Source: Candidatus Rokuibacteriota bacterium
GTDB taxonomy: Bacteria; Methylomirabilota; Methylomirabilia; Rokubacteriales; DASRDR01
Direction of reading: 5' to 3'
Assembly: GCA_044866005.1 (NCBI GenBank)
Contig: JBIOTN010000067.1
Coordinates: 4,899 to 68,898, forward strand
Length of the DNA stretch: 64,000 nt
Each line of letters opens with the position of its first letter. The stretch's first letter is position 1. The translations under genes were made by a program, and so were the position numbers. Positions 30,347 through 40,271 of the stretch are shown here, one piece after another. Under the pieces are notes generated by a model. The model saw only the letters and a program-made list of their open reading frames with translations. It searched no databases and was not told where the DNA came from.

Positions 30347-31546
30347 ATGCCGATGGGCGCGATCCAGCGGGGCGTGAGGAATCCGTTCCGAAACGTGGCC
30401 AGGACCCTGGTCGCCGTCTGCCTCCTGGCCCTGGTCCTGGGACTCCTCGCGCTCATGGTCCAGGCGGCGCGGCTCAGCCGCGAGCAGCTCGGGAGGCTGG
30501 AGGCCCGGGTCCGGACGCTGATCGAGCTGCGGGAGGCGGGCGCGTTCGGCACCGGCGGCTTTGGCGGCGACAAGCCGGTGGGTGAGGCGGACTTCTCCGT
30601 CGACACGCTGGACAAGGTCAGGCAGATCCCCCACGCCCGCCACATCGTCCGGATCGAGGAGTACATCTACACCCCTCACATCGATCCGAGCCGGGGCAAC
30701 GCCTACGCCATGATCATCGGCCTCCCTCCCGGAGCGGCGATGCGCGCGATCGGGGAGGTCGATTACGAAAACGCCCGGCTCATCGCGGGGCGGCCGCTCG
30801 GGCCGGACGACACCGAGGCCCCGGTGGCCGTGGTCGGCAAGCTCTACGCGAAGGAGCGGCTGGCTCTGCCGACTCCGACCGAGGCCGCCCTGGCCGGCCG
30901 GGCGCTCGTCCTGAACGGCCGGCCGTTCCGGATCGCCGGCGTCTACACCACGGACAACGACTTCGGCGACAACCACGTCTTCGTCCCGCTCGAGGCGTTC
31001 CGGGCGACGTTTCGTCCCGGGAGAAAGCTCGGGAAGATCTTCGTCTCCGTAGACTCGGTGGCGAACGTCGATGCCGTCGTCCAGGACCTCAAGCGCATCC
31101 CGGAGACGGACGTGGTCACGACGCCCGAGGCCGTCTCGACCGCGCGCAGGACGCTCAGCGCGATGGCGGCGACGAGCGGGGTGGGCTCCATCGTGCTCTT
31201 CGCGGTCGGCGGTGTCCTGGTCGCCTTCGTCATGGTGCTCGTGACCAAGGAGCGGGTCCGAGAGATCGGGACCCTGAAGGCGATCGGCGCCGGCGACAGC
31301 GAGGTCCTCGGCCAGTTCCTGGCCGAGGTCTTTGCCCTCACGCTGATGGGAGCTCTCCTGGCCGTCCCGCTCGCCTACCTGGGCACGCCCGTGCTCCGCC
31401 ACGCCCTCGGCGTGACCCTCGAGGTCGACCGGACGGTCTTTCTCCTCATCCTGGCGGGCGGCTTGCTGTTCGGGGCGCTGGGCAGCCTGTACCCGATCGT
31501 GAAGGGCCTCCGACTGAGCCCGGTCGAGGCCACGACGAAGGCCTGA
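30347..31546 (+). CDS. FtsX-family ABC transporter permease (LolC/E- or MacB-like)
   Basis: N-terminal TM segment, periplasmic domain, 3 C-terminal TM segments, TKERVREIGTLKAIGA motif. Confidence 0.8.
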   Translation: MPMGAIQRGVRNPFRNVARTLVAVCLLALVLGLLALMVQAARLSREQLGRLEARVRTLIELREAGAFGTGGFGGDKPVGEADFSVDTLDKVRQIPHARHIVRIEEYIYTPHIDPSRGNAYAMIIGLPPGAAMRAIGEVDYENARLIAGRPLGPDDTEAPVAVVGKLYAKERLALPTPTEAALAGRALVLNGRPFRIAGVYTTDNDFGDNHVFVPLEAFRATFRPGRKLGKIFVSVDSVANVDAVVQDLKRIPETDVVTTPEAVSTARRTLSAMAATSGVGSIVLFAVGGVLVAFVMVLVTKERVREIGTLKAIGAGDSEVLGQFLAEVFALTLMGALLAVPLAYLGTPVLRHALGVTLEVDRTVFLLILAGGLLFGALGSLYPIVKGLRLSPVEATTKA

Positions 31547-31557
31547 GGATACCCGGC

Positions 31558-32815
31558 ATGCGCATGGTCGTCCTCGGCGTCCGCAACCTCGGCCGGAACA
31601 AGCTCCGGCTGGCCCTCGGCGCCGGGCTGATCGGCGTGCCCGTCTTCCTGCTGCTCGTGTTCCAGGCGATGGGGGCGGCCGTGCGGGCGCAGACGGAGCT
31701 GCTCAAGCAGGGCGTCGACACGCACCTCCAGCTCCGGGCGAAAGGCTCGATGGGCCACGTGAACATGGTGGGCAGCTCCCGGCTGCTGCCCGGAGAGGCC
31801 CTCCAAAGGGCGCGCGGGATCGAGCGCGTGGCGAAGGTCGAGCCGTACCTGCTCGCCATGAATCCGACCGAGGGCCACAACTTCGCGATGCACGTCGGCC
31901 TGCAGGTCGGGGACGCCAAGCGGCTGGAGTCCCATGGGGAAGCCGGGAATCCCCGGATCGTTGCCGGGCGCGACCTGACGGCGGCCGACGCCGGCCGGGA
32001 TGTCGCCCTGATCGGCCAGGGCTATGCCCGGTGGGCGGGCCTCACACCGGACCGGCTCCCCGCGCCGTTCGTGGTCGACCCCGCCCGGTCGAACCCCGTG
32101 ATCTTCCGCCTCGACCGGCCACGCCACGAGCTGACGGTCGTGGGCATCTACGCGAGCGGCTATGTCTTCGGGGATCTGCAGCTCTTCATGCCGATCGAGA
32201 CCTTCCGCCGCATCTACGGCGCGGACCAGGGCTTCTCCTGGCTGTTCGTCACGGTCGAGTCGGTCGACCACGTGGCGGCCGTGGAACGGCGACTCCGCGA
32301 GGCGCTGGGGGGCGTGGCCGACATCATCGCGCCCACGGCAGCGGCCGCCTTCGCCAGCACGGCCACGCACGCCGTGGAGCGGGTGACTGGCGCGGTGACG
32401 CTGTTCGCGGCCGCGCTGATGGTCGTGGTCGTCTTCTTCGTCATGCTGGTGATCGTCCGCGAGCGCGCTCGCGAGATCGGGACGCTGAAAGCGATCGGCG
32501 CCTCCGACGGGGACCTCGTCCTCGAGTTCCTGTCCGAGGCCGTCGCGCTCACCGCGACGGGCGGTCTCCTCGGGCTCCTGCTCTTTCAGGCGCTCGGCGG
32601 GGTCCTGGCTGGGCGGCTGTTCGCCCTCGGTGTCGCCCCGTTCCTGCCGGCCCCGTACAGGGAGACGCTCTTCGACGCGCTGGGCGGCGTCGGCGCCGCC
32701 ATGACCCCCGCCACCGTCGGCCTCGTCGGGCTGATCGCCCTCGTCGTCGCGTCGGTGGGCAGCGGCTACGGCGTCTGGCAGGTCACGCGGCTCTCCCCCG
32801 TAGAGGCGATGCGCC

Positions 32816-32823
<8 letters not shown>
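31558..32823 (+). CDS. FtsX-family ABC transporter permease (paralogue)
   Basis: Same architecture; VRERAREIGTLKAIGA. Confidence 0.8.
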
Positions 32824-33493
<670 letters not shown>

Positions 33494-33510
33494 CGATTGG
33501 GGGGCTTCCC

Positions 33511-34194
33511 GTGCTGAGAGGCCGAGCCTGCAGGCTCCTGCTCATCGCGGCCGTGGTCCTCGCGGGCCCGGCGCCCGGCGGGGGCCAGCCCATGCCGGCG
33601 TCCACCGCGCCCACGGAGGCGGTCATTTCCGTTCGGGCCGCGGCCGGCGGGACCCTGCCGCAAGTGACCCGCGACCGGATCCGCGCCGTGCCGAACATCA
33701 CGGCCATCGAGCCGTTCCTCGAAGGCAAGACGGCCGACGGGGTGAGGGTGATCGGGGTGGAACCCGCGCCGGCCCTCCACCTCCGGTCGGGCACCGGCAT
33801 ACGGCCCATCGGCATCGTCCAGGGCCGCGGCATCGAGGCCGGCGACGCGCCGGAGGCGATCGTCGTCGGGAGGACGTTTTCGCAGAAGAACAAGACGGCG
33901 CTGGGGCTGAGCATCCCGGCCATGCTGACGAAGGATCATTTTCCCCCGCTCCTCGTCGGCGGCCAGGGCTTCGCGATCATCGGGATCTACACGACCGGCG
34001 ACGCCGCGACCGACGACCAGGTGCTCGTGCTGCTGCCGACCGCCCAGAAGCTCCTCAACCAACCCGGCCGGCTGAGCGGGCTCTATGTCACGGTCACGCC
34101 GGCGTCGCCCCGCACGGTCGAAGACGTCGCCGGCAGGCTGCGCCGCGCGCTCGGGGGCTCCGCCGAGGTGGTGGCGCTGCCGGGCCCGCGCTGA
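33511..34194 (+). CDS. Secreted protein resembling a stand-alone MacB/FtsX periplasmic core domain
   Basis: GTG start; signal peptide; FAIIGIYTTGDAATDDQVLV parallels the periplasmic loops of the two permeases. Confidence 0.55.
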   Translation: MLRGRACRLLLIAAVVLAGPAPGGGQPMPASTAPTEAVISVRAAAGGTLPQVTRDRIRAVPNITAIEPFLEGKTADGVRVIGVEPAPALHLRSGTGIRPIGIVQGRGIEAGDAPEAIVVGRTFSQKNKTALGLSIPAMLTKDHFPPLLVGGQGFAIIGIYTTGDAATDDQVLVLLPTAQKLLNQPGRLSGLYVTVTPASPRTVEDVAGRLRRALGGSAEVVALPGPR

Positions 34195-34219
34195 GCGACG
34201 TCATGCACGGGAGCACGTC

Positions 34220-35083
34220 GTGAGGGACTCTCGAGGCGCGGCTCGGGAGGGACGCGTCGTCGAGGACGCGGCCGCGACGAAACCGGGCGGCACCCTCTCG
34301 CCCCTTCGCGGTCTGTGGGTGCCGAGCCTCGCCCTTCTCGGGGTCGCGCTCGTCGGCTGGACGGCCTGGACCTACGGCGCCTTGAGGGGCCTCGAGTCCG
34401 CTGGCTTCGATGCGCCGTGGGCGCTCGCGGGCCTCGGATTCCTCGCCGGGGTCGGCGCCTTCTTCGCCCCGTGCGCGTTCGCGCTGTTCCCAGCCTATGT
34501 CTCGTACTACCTGAGCCTATCCGGCGAAGGCCGCACCGTCGGCCGGTCGCTCGGCCTGGGGCTCGCCTGCGCCGCGGGCAGTGCGCTGTTCTTCGGGCTG
34601 GTGGGGGGCGTGATTGCGCTGGCCGGCGGGGCGATCTCCACCTACTTGATCGCCGCGAAGCCCTTCGTGGCCCTCGGGGTTGTCGTGCTCGGTGCCGTGC
34701 AGCTTGCTGACGTCCGGATGCCGTCCCTGGCCCTGCCTTTTCCCCTGGACACCGGAGGCGCTCGCTCGGCGGGGGTCGCCGTGTTCCTCTACGGCTTCGG
34801 GTACGCGCTCGCGTCCACCGGCTGCACCTTGCCGATCTACGTCTCGATCACCGTCCTGCCGCTCACGACCGGCTTCTCCGGGTCGGCTCTCTTGACCTTT
34901 ACGGCCTTCGCCGTCGCGATGGCGAGCTTGATGCTCGTCACCACCGTCTTGGTGGGGCTCGCCAAGCGGAGGATCCTGGCCGCGCTTCAAGGGTCCACGG
35001 TCTGGATCAAGCGCGCTAGCGGCATCGTGCTCATCGCCGCGGGCCTCTACCTCGGCTACTACTACGTGAGAGCCGGAATGTGA
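34220..35083 (+). CDS. CcdA/DsbD-like transmembrane thiol-disulfide transporter (two conserved Cys). The start is uncertain.
   Basis: Polytopic; Cys in FFAPCAF and ASTGCTLP helices. Confidence 0.65.
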   Translation: MRDSRGAAREGRVVEDAAATKPGGTLSPLRGLWVPSLALLGVALVGWTAWTYGALRGLESAGFDAPWALAGLGFLAGVGAFFAPCAFALFPAYVSYYLSLSGEGRTVGRSLGLGLACAAGSALFFGLVGGVIALAGGAISTYLIAAKPFVALGVVVLGAVQLADVRMPSLALPFPLDTGGARSAGVAVFLYGFGYALASTGCTLPIYVSITVLPLTTGFSGSALLTFTAFAVAMASLMLVTTVLVGLAKRRILAALQGSTVWIKRASGIVLIAAGLYLGYYYVRAGM

Positions 35084-35105
35084 GCCGCCTCACAGGGAGA
35101 CGACG

Positions 35106-35410
35106 CATGCGACGTGTCGCCGGACTCATGGCGGTGCTGCTTCTGATGGCGTGGCTCACCGTGCCTGTCACCGCCTTCGCGGCGACCAAGGTCGCCGTGA
35201 TCGAGGTCAAGGGGATGGTCTGTCAGGCCTGACCCTTCTCGGTCAAGACAGCCTTGGAGAGGCTGCCGGGGGTGAGCCGAGCTGACGTGAGCCTCGAGAA
35301 GGCGGAGGCTCGGGTCGAGTTCGACGACGCGAAGATCTCGGCCGACAAGCTGGCCGCGGCCGTCGACCGGCTGGGCTTCCGCGCTCGGGTGCTCGCCGTC
35401 GAGCCAGGGG
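35106..35410 (+). CDS. MerP/CopZ-like periplasmic HMA-domain protein with GMVCQA-[TGA]-P (CxxU). The signal peptide is in a different frame (+1 indel near 35160). Candidate selenoprotein or pseudogene.
   Basis: ATG 35106 with AGGGAGA RBS encodes MRRVAGLMAVLLLMAWLT. The HMA domain is in the next frame from 35161. TGA at 35230-35232; hairpin 16 nt downstream. Confidence 0.5.
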
Positions 35411-35416
35411 GGTAGC

Positions 35417-35683
35417 GTGCCGGTCGAGATCGAGCTCTTGACCGCGCCCGGCTGAGGGAAATGCGAGGCCGCCAAGGCGTTGGCGCTCGACGTGATCGAC
35501 TCGGTCCGAGCGGAGTGCCATGATGTGTGGCTCACGGTCGTCGACGTCACGGAGCAGCCTGCCGTGGCGGTGAAGTACCGCGTGACGGCGACGCCCGCCA
35601 TCGCGATCGACGGAGTCCTCGCCTTCCGCGGCGTCCCCCCAGCCCACGTCCTCCGCGACCGAATCTTGCAGGCGAAGGCGTGA
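35417..35683 (+). CDS. Small thioredoxin-fold protein with G-[TGA]-GKC (UxxC); candidate selenoprotein
   Basis: GTG start after AGGGGGG; the C-terminal TATPAIAIDG..FRGVPP motif matches small Trx/Grx-like proteins. TGA at 35453-35455; hairpin 14 nt downstream. Confidence 0.55.
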
Positions 35684-35737
35684 CTCGGTCTCGAAGAGCG
35701 GAGCCACAGCCCCCCTTTGGCTTGGCCACGATTTCAC

Positions 35738-35768
35738 TTGACTCTCCTCCCAGGAGGAGGGTTTAGCC
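35738..35768 (+). promoter_or_regulatory. MerR-type promoter: TTGACT, 19-bp spacer with dyad CTCCTCC-CA-GGAGGAG
   Basis: 20 nt upstream of the merR-family ATG. Confidence 0.45.
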
Positions 35769-35787
35769 TCGGGTCAGGACGGGACAC

Positions 35788-36249
35788 ATGAGCGAGTTGA
35801 AGATCGGGGCGCTGGCCCGGCTCGCGGGCTGCACGGTCAAGGCCATTCGATTCTACGAGGCGAACGGCCTCCTTTTCGCCGCTGCGCGCAGCCCGGCCCG
35901 GTACCGGCTCTATACCGAGCGCGACCTCAGACAACTCCAATTCATCCAGCGTGCGAAGCTGATCGGGCTCCCGCTCACCAAGATCAAGAGTCTGGTCGTT
36001 CACGTGAGCGAGGAGCAGTGCGGGTGTCCCACGATCCGGCCTCAGCTGGAGCAGCTGATCCGCGAGCAGCTCAAGGAAGTGGGGGACAAGCTCGACCAGC
36101 TGGCGCTCCTCAAGCACGAGCTGGAGGGCTTGCTGGCAAAGATGCGTGGCGCCGTGCGACCACTTCCCCAAGAGCTCTGCGTGTGCGGCGCACAGCATCA
36201 CTCGGGGTTTGTCGGACTCGTGAAGCTCAAGCAAGGAGGACGGCGATGA
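35788..36249 (+). CDS. MerR-family heavy-metal-responsive regulator (Cys-rich effector domain)
   Basis: HTH IGALARLAGCTVKAIRFYE; C-terminal CGC and CVC. Confidence 0.8.
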   Translation: MSELKIGALARLAGCTVKAIRFYEANGLLFAAARSPARYRLYTERDLRQLQFIQRAKLIGLPLTKIKSLVVHVSEEQCGCPTIRPQLEQLIREQLKEVGDKLDQLALLKHELEGLLAKMRGAVRPLPQELCVCGAQHHSGFVGLVKLKQGGRR

Positions 36250-36581
36250 ACAAGAGTCGGAAGTCACCGGGCCTGCCGGTCCTGCCCGCCCCGCGCACCG
36301 ACTGCGGGGACGGCAGCTGCGGCTGTGGCTGCGGGATTCCGCTGGCCACGCCCAAGCCCACAAAGACCGGCAAGCAACGTACACGCCCGACCGGGGAAGG
36401 AGGAGCGAACATGGAGCCGGTGAGAATGTCGCTGTGCCATGAAGGTGCGGAGTGTCCGGAGGTGGTCGTCGAGCGAGACGAGGTTCGCATCGGCGAAGCC
36501 GGCAACCTGGCCGTGCTCAAGAAGGACGAGTGGAACATCCTCGTCGAGCTGATCCGATCGGGACAGCTGACGCAGCTGTAG
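36246..36581 (+). CDS. Cys-rich hypothetical protein (CGDGSCGCGCG N-terminus)
   Basis: ATGA overlap with the merR stop; 111 aa. Confidence 0.5.
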   Translation: MNKSRKSPGLPVLPAPRTDCGDGSCGCGCGIPLATPKPTKTGKQRTRPTGEGGANMEPVRMSLCHEGAECPEVVVERDEVRIGEAGNLAVLKKDEWNILVELIRSGQLTQL

Positions 36582-36603
36582 AGTCGCGCGACGGAGAGCT
36601 CTC

Positions 36604-36747
36604 ATGGCACTGAAGAAGGGAGAGCGCTACCGCTGCCCGGATCCGAAGTGCGGCTGCGAGATCGAGGTCACCAAGGGCGCCGCGCCGGGCCAGGGCGGCG
36701 ATCTGAACCCGCGTTGCTGCTGCGGCAAGGAGATGCAGCGCGTGTGA
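36604..36747 (+). CDS. Small (47 aa) Cys-rich metallothionein-like peptide
   Basis: CPDPKCGCEIE...NPRCCCGKEM; the ATG follows the previous gene. Confidence 0.35.
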   Translation: MALKKGERYRCPDPKCGCEIEVTKGAAPGQGGDLNPRCCCGKEMQRV

Positions 36748-36807
36748 CGGGACGGGGTGCGGGACAATGGCCCCGCCCCCCGGTGCTCCGGGCAGAGGGA
36801 CGCAGCA

Positions 36808-38250
36808 TCAGCGTCGTACGCGCCTCGTAGGCAGCAGGGCCCGACTCAGGTGGCGATTCCAGCTCCCGTAGCGCTCTCGGATCGCGCCCCGGGGGAGCGC
36901 CAGGAGGATCACGGCGGCGCCGATGATCATGTCGTTCGACGTCGCACCGACATTCGAGCCGGCGAGCACCCAGGGCGCGACGACGAGCCAGGCCCCGACA
37001 ACGACGTTGACGAGGCGCAAGGGGCGGGCCACTTCCGCCGTCACGATGATGGCCAAAGTCAGGATCAACGCCCCTCCGATGTGGTCGCTGTCCGCAGCCG
37101 GGCCCTCGGCCTGGACCACGGCGGGCGCCGCCATCAGCCAGACGCCAAGCGCCGCGCTGACCAGGAGAGTCCAGGGAGCGCCGATCCCCCACAGCATGGC
37201 CGGGACGATCCGGGAGATCGGTGACCCGTAGCGCGGGGTTCGGAGATCCTTGCCCTCGCGCTCGGTCGTGCCGCCCACCCAGAACGTCCACCAGAAGGGC
37301 TTCCCCTCCCGGACACTCTGGGCGAGGAACTGTCCCATCGCGACGACCTCGTCGAGCGTCAGGGGAATCATCAACAACATGAGGAAGGCCGCCGCCAGAC
37401 AGAGGGTGCACCACTGACCGACGATGACGGGCTGGAGAATGACCAGCACGATGTGGGTGATGCCGAGCGGGACGACGAGGATCCCGAAGAACGTCACCAT
37501 CCATGGCATCGTGCGCCACCGAGTCTGGCCGCCCATGTAGCCCATGAGGGCTTCGAACGTATAGGCCGCCGCGCCCAGCCCCGCGTCCGAGATCGGCCAG
37601 GCACGCGAGACCTCCGAGTGGAGGACGCGCATGGTGCCTTCACCGAAGAACGGTTCCCAGGCGACGTCGACATAGCCGAGCTGGACGGCGGCCAGATAGC
37701 GGGAGATGAACCAGCCGGCGAAGGCGAGCGCGATGATGGGCGTCCGCTGGAGCCAGGAAGACGGATTGTACGTCCATCCGGGCGGGATCTCCGGGCCGGG
37801 CTTCATCATGACCAGATGATGGGCCGCGCCCGGCATCATGGGCACGAGCACCGAGAAGGTGATTGCCAGCGCCCCGACCAGGGTATCGTTGACGTAGGCG
37901 ACCGGGCGTGGCGCCCAGAAGAGGAGCGGCGCAAACTGCAGCCACACGCCGACGAGACACACCGCCCAGCGCCCCGCGAAATCCAGGCGCGGCAAGAGCG
38001 ACAGCGCGCCGAAGCACGCGAGCAGCGCCCCGCTGATCGTGTCGCTCCACGCGGTCGCCGCGCTTTCGTAGCCGAACGTGGCGGGACTACCGATCAGCCA
38101 TACGCCCAGCACCGCGTTCGTCACGTTGGTCCAGAGCCATTTCGCGCGCTGCTGCCGGATCATCTCCAGATGGTCTCGAGCGTGTTCCTGCACCCCGTCC
38201 CGCGGGAGTGGCGCGGCAGGGGCGGCGTGCTCGGGACCTCGCCGGCTCAT
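36808..38250 (-). CDS. Vitamin K epoxide reductase (VKOR)-family membrane protein
   Basis: Polytopic; GQWCTLCLAAAF CxxC in a TM helix. Confidence 0.65.
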   Translation of the reverse strand: MSRRGPEHAAPAAPLPRDGVQEHARDHLEMIRQQRAKWLWTNVTNAVLGVWLIGSPATFGYESAATAWSDTISGALLACFGALSLLPRLDFAGRWAVCLVGVWLQFAPLLFWAPRPVAYVNDTLVGALAITFSVLVPMMPGAAHHLVMMKPGPEIPPGWTYNPSSWLQRTPIIALAFAGWFISRYLAAVQLGYVDVAWEPFFGEGTMRVLHSEVSRAWPISDAGLGAAAYTFEALMGYMGGQTRWRTMPWMVTFFGILVVPLGITHIVLVILQPVIVGQWCTLCLAAAFLMLLMIPLTLDEVVAMGQFLAQSVREGKPFWWTFWVGGTTEREGKDLRTPRYGSPISRIVPAMLWGIGAPWTLLVSAALGVWLMAAPAVVQAEGPAADSDHIGGALILTLAIIVTAEVARPLRLVNVVVGAWLVVAPWVLAGSNVGATSNDMIIGAAVILLALPRGAIRERYGSWNRHLSRALLPTRRVRR

Positions 38251-38265
38251 CGGGCTCTCGCGGCT

Positions 38266-39345
38266 CTAAGCGGCCGTCCGGTCGAGCGATGACGGCGGCT
38301 CGAGCTTGTTCGCGCGATACCAGCCGAGGGGGTCGGCCTCGAGCGCGGCGATCATCTTGGGGAGCGTGCCTCCGAGCGAACGCTTCGGCTCCCAGCCGAG
38401 CAGGGTGCGCGCCCGGGTGATGTCGAGGGCGTAATGGTCGTCGGCGAGGTCGATCATCCACGGCTTGATGAACGGCTCGTCGCCCAGGGGCATCTGATCC
38501 TGGACCCAGGCGCCGGCCTTGGCCAGGGCCTTCGGGATCTCGCGCGTCTCCCACTCTTCCCCGTGGATCAGCCGACCGAGCGTGTGTTGCAGCTCGTCGT
38601 AGCTGAGCGTCGCCGGCTCTCCCACGAGCAGCGGCAGCTCCGGCGGCAGCTCGGCCCGGCGCTCGACGACCCTGAGGAAGGCCTCCACCAGATCCTCGAG
38701 GTGGACGAACGCCTGTCCGTGCGAGATGGCGCCGGGAAAGACGCGACTCGTGACCCGGCGCTCGTAGATCCGCTGAATCTGGCGCGCGAGCGGGATCGAG
38801 TGGCACCGGTCATCGTAGACGCCGGCGATCCGCAGGAGCACCGCGGGGATGTCACCGCGCTCGGCGCGGATGAGTCGCTCGGTCGTGACTTTCGACTCGG
38901 GGTAGTCCCACTTGGGCTCGAGCGGCCAATCTTCGTTGATGCGCTGACCGGGTGCGCAAGGCGCATGGACGAGCATGGTGCTGGAGAACACGAACTGCTC
39001 GACCTGGAAGCGCTTGACGGCCCGAAGCAGCCGCTCGGTTCCTCGGATCGTAATCTCCTCGTATTTCGGGCTCGGCTCGCCGGAGAAGTCGTAGTACGCG
39101 GCGAGGTGGATGATCGAGGCGACGCGCTCGCCGTGGCGGGCGCGGACGCCGGCGAGGGCGCGGTCGACGCTCTCGTCCGAGGTGAGGTCGACGCGCACGC
39201 AGCCGGCGGTAGGTGGCGGCTCGGGCGGGTCGTCACGGTCGAAGCCCACGGTCGTGACGCGTTCGGTGAGCCTCTTGGCCGCCGCATAGCCGATGAGTCC
39301 GCTGCTCCCCGTGACGATCACGACCCCCGGCGATCGCGAGTCCAT
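38266..39345 (-). CDS. NAD-dependent epimerase/dehydratase (SDR family)
   Basis: VVIVTGSSGLIGY Rossmann motif. Confidence 0.85.
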   Translation of the reverse strand: MDSRSPGVVIVTGSSGLIGYAAAKRLTERVTTVGFDRDDPPEPPPTAGCVRVDLTSDESVDRALAGVRARHGERVASIIHLAAYYDFSGEPSPKYEEITIRGTERLLRAVKRFQVEQFVFSSTMLVHAPCAPGQRINEDWPLEPKWDYPESKVTTERLIRAERGDIPAVLLRIAGVYDDRCHSIPLARQIQRIYERRVTSRVFPGAISHGQAFVHLEDLVEAFLRVVERRAELPPELPLLVGEPATLSYDELQHTLGRLIHGEEWETREIPKALAKAGAWVQDQMPLGDEPFIKPWMIDLADDHYALDITRARTLLGWEPKRSLGGTLPKMIAALEADPLGWYRANKLEPPSSLDRTAA

Positions 39346-39370
39346 GTGGCCTCCACCCGCTGACGGATGG

Positions 39371-39712
39371 CTACGGTTTGGGCGGCTGCTTGCCCGGGCT
39401 CATCATTCCGCCCGTCATGCCCCCCGAGCCCATGCGGCCCATCATCTCCATCATCCGGGTCATGCCGGCCATGACGTCGCCGTTTCCCATCTGGCGGGCC
39501 ATGCGCATCATCCCGTCCATCAGCTTGGCCGCGCGGCCGGACTGCAAGAGGTCCTGCATGGCGCGCCGGCCTTCCTCGCTCATGCCCCCGCCCTGCATCA
39601 TCTCGACGCAGGCCGCCTGGGGGTCGGCCGGCGCCTGTTGAGCGCGAGCGGTGGGGACGGCGAGCAGGGCCAGGAGCGCGGGTCCCAGGATCGTCACTGT
39701 CCGCAGTGTCAT
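39371..39712 (-). CDS. Secreted Met-rich protein (MxxM/MM repeats), likely a periplasmic Cu(I)/Ag(I) binder
   Basis: Signal peptide; 23 Met in 113 aa. Confidence 0.6.
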   Translation of the reverse strand: MTLRTVTILGPALLALLAVPTARAQQAPADPQAACVEMMQGGGMSEEGRRAMQDLLQSGRAAKLMDGMMRMARQMGNGDVMAGMTRMMEMMGRMGSGGMTGGMMSPGKQPPKP

Positions 39713-39826
39713 GGTCGATCCTCCTGTCGACGCCGGTGCGTGCGGTCCGTAACCCTGCAAAGCGGGTACCGCCGATCGCCCGGTTTGCGTGCGCCGGGAC
39801 GCGAAGGATGGTAAGCTACCGGCCAG

Positions 39827-40156
39827 ATGGGGAAGCGGAGTCACCCCGCCGTTCCGATGACCCCGGCTCTCGCCGCCGTGCTGGCGGTCGTGGTCGCCGG
39901 CTTCTGCCTCGCCATCGAGGCCGGGACGGCCCACGCCGCAGGCGACGGGTGTCCGGCCTCGGAGTCCTCGCCCCGGTTCTGCGCGCAGGCCGGTCCCGGC
40001 GATCAGGCGGTTCCGGGGCTGACCGTGGCGGCACTGGTGCCGCCGCCGGGGCCCGAGCTGGGCGACTGGCTGCCCGTCTCGGCCGCGCCGCCGCCGGCCG
40101 TCCGCTTCCACGCGGACGTCTCCCGCCCCCGCGCGCCCCCGCTCCTTCCCGCCTAG
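39827..40156 (+). CDS. Hypothetical secreted protein
   Basis: Signal peptide and two Cys; the opposite strand carries only a composition-driven ORF. Confidence 0.3.
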   Translation: MGKRSHPAVPMTPALAAVLAVVVAGFCLAIEAGTAHAAGDGCPASESSPRFCAQAGPGDQAVPGLTVAALVPPPGPELGDWLPVSAAPPPAVRFHADVSRPRAPPLLPA

Positions 40157-40271
40157 TCGCTCGATCTCGCTCGTTGGGATACCGGCCGCCGCGGACGGCG
40201 GCCAGGCTCGAGACTCGTCGCTCGACGTCATCGGACGACGTGTCCGTGGGCGCGTGGCGGAGGCGTGAACT

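Noticed and set aside
35106-35290. Frame-0 ORF continuing from the signal peptide (MRRVAGL...GACHRLRGDQ...)
   Set aside because: After the signal peptide it reads as low-complexity sequence. The adjacent +1 frame encodes a complete HMA fold, so an indel explains it better than a novel protein.
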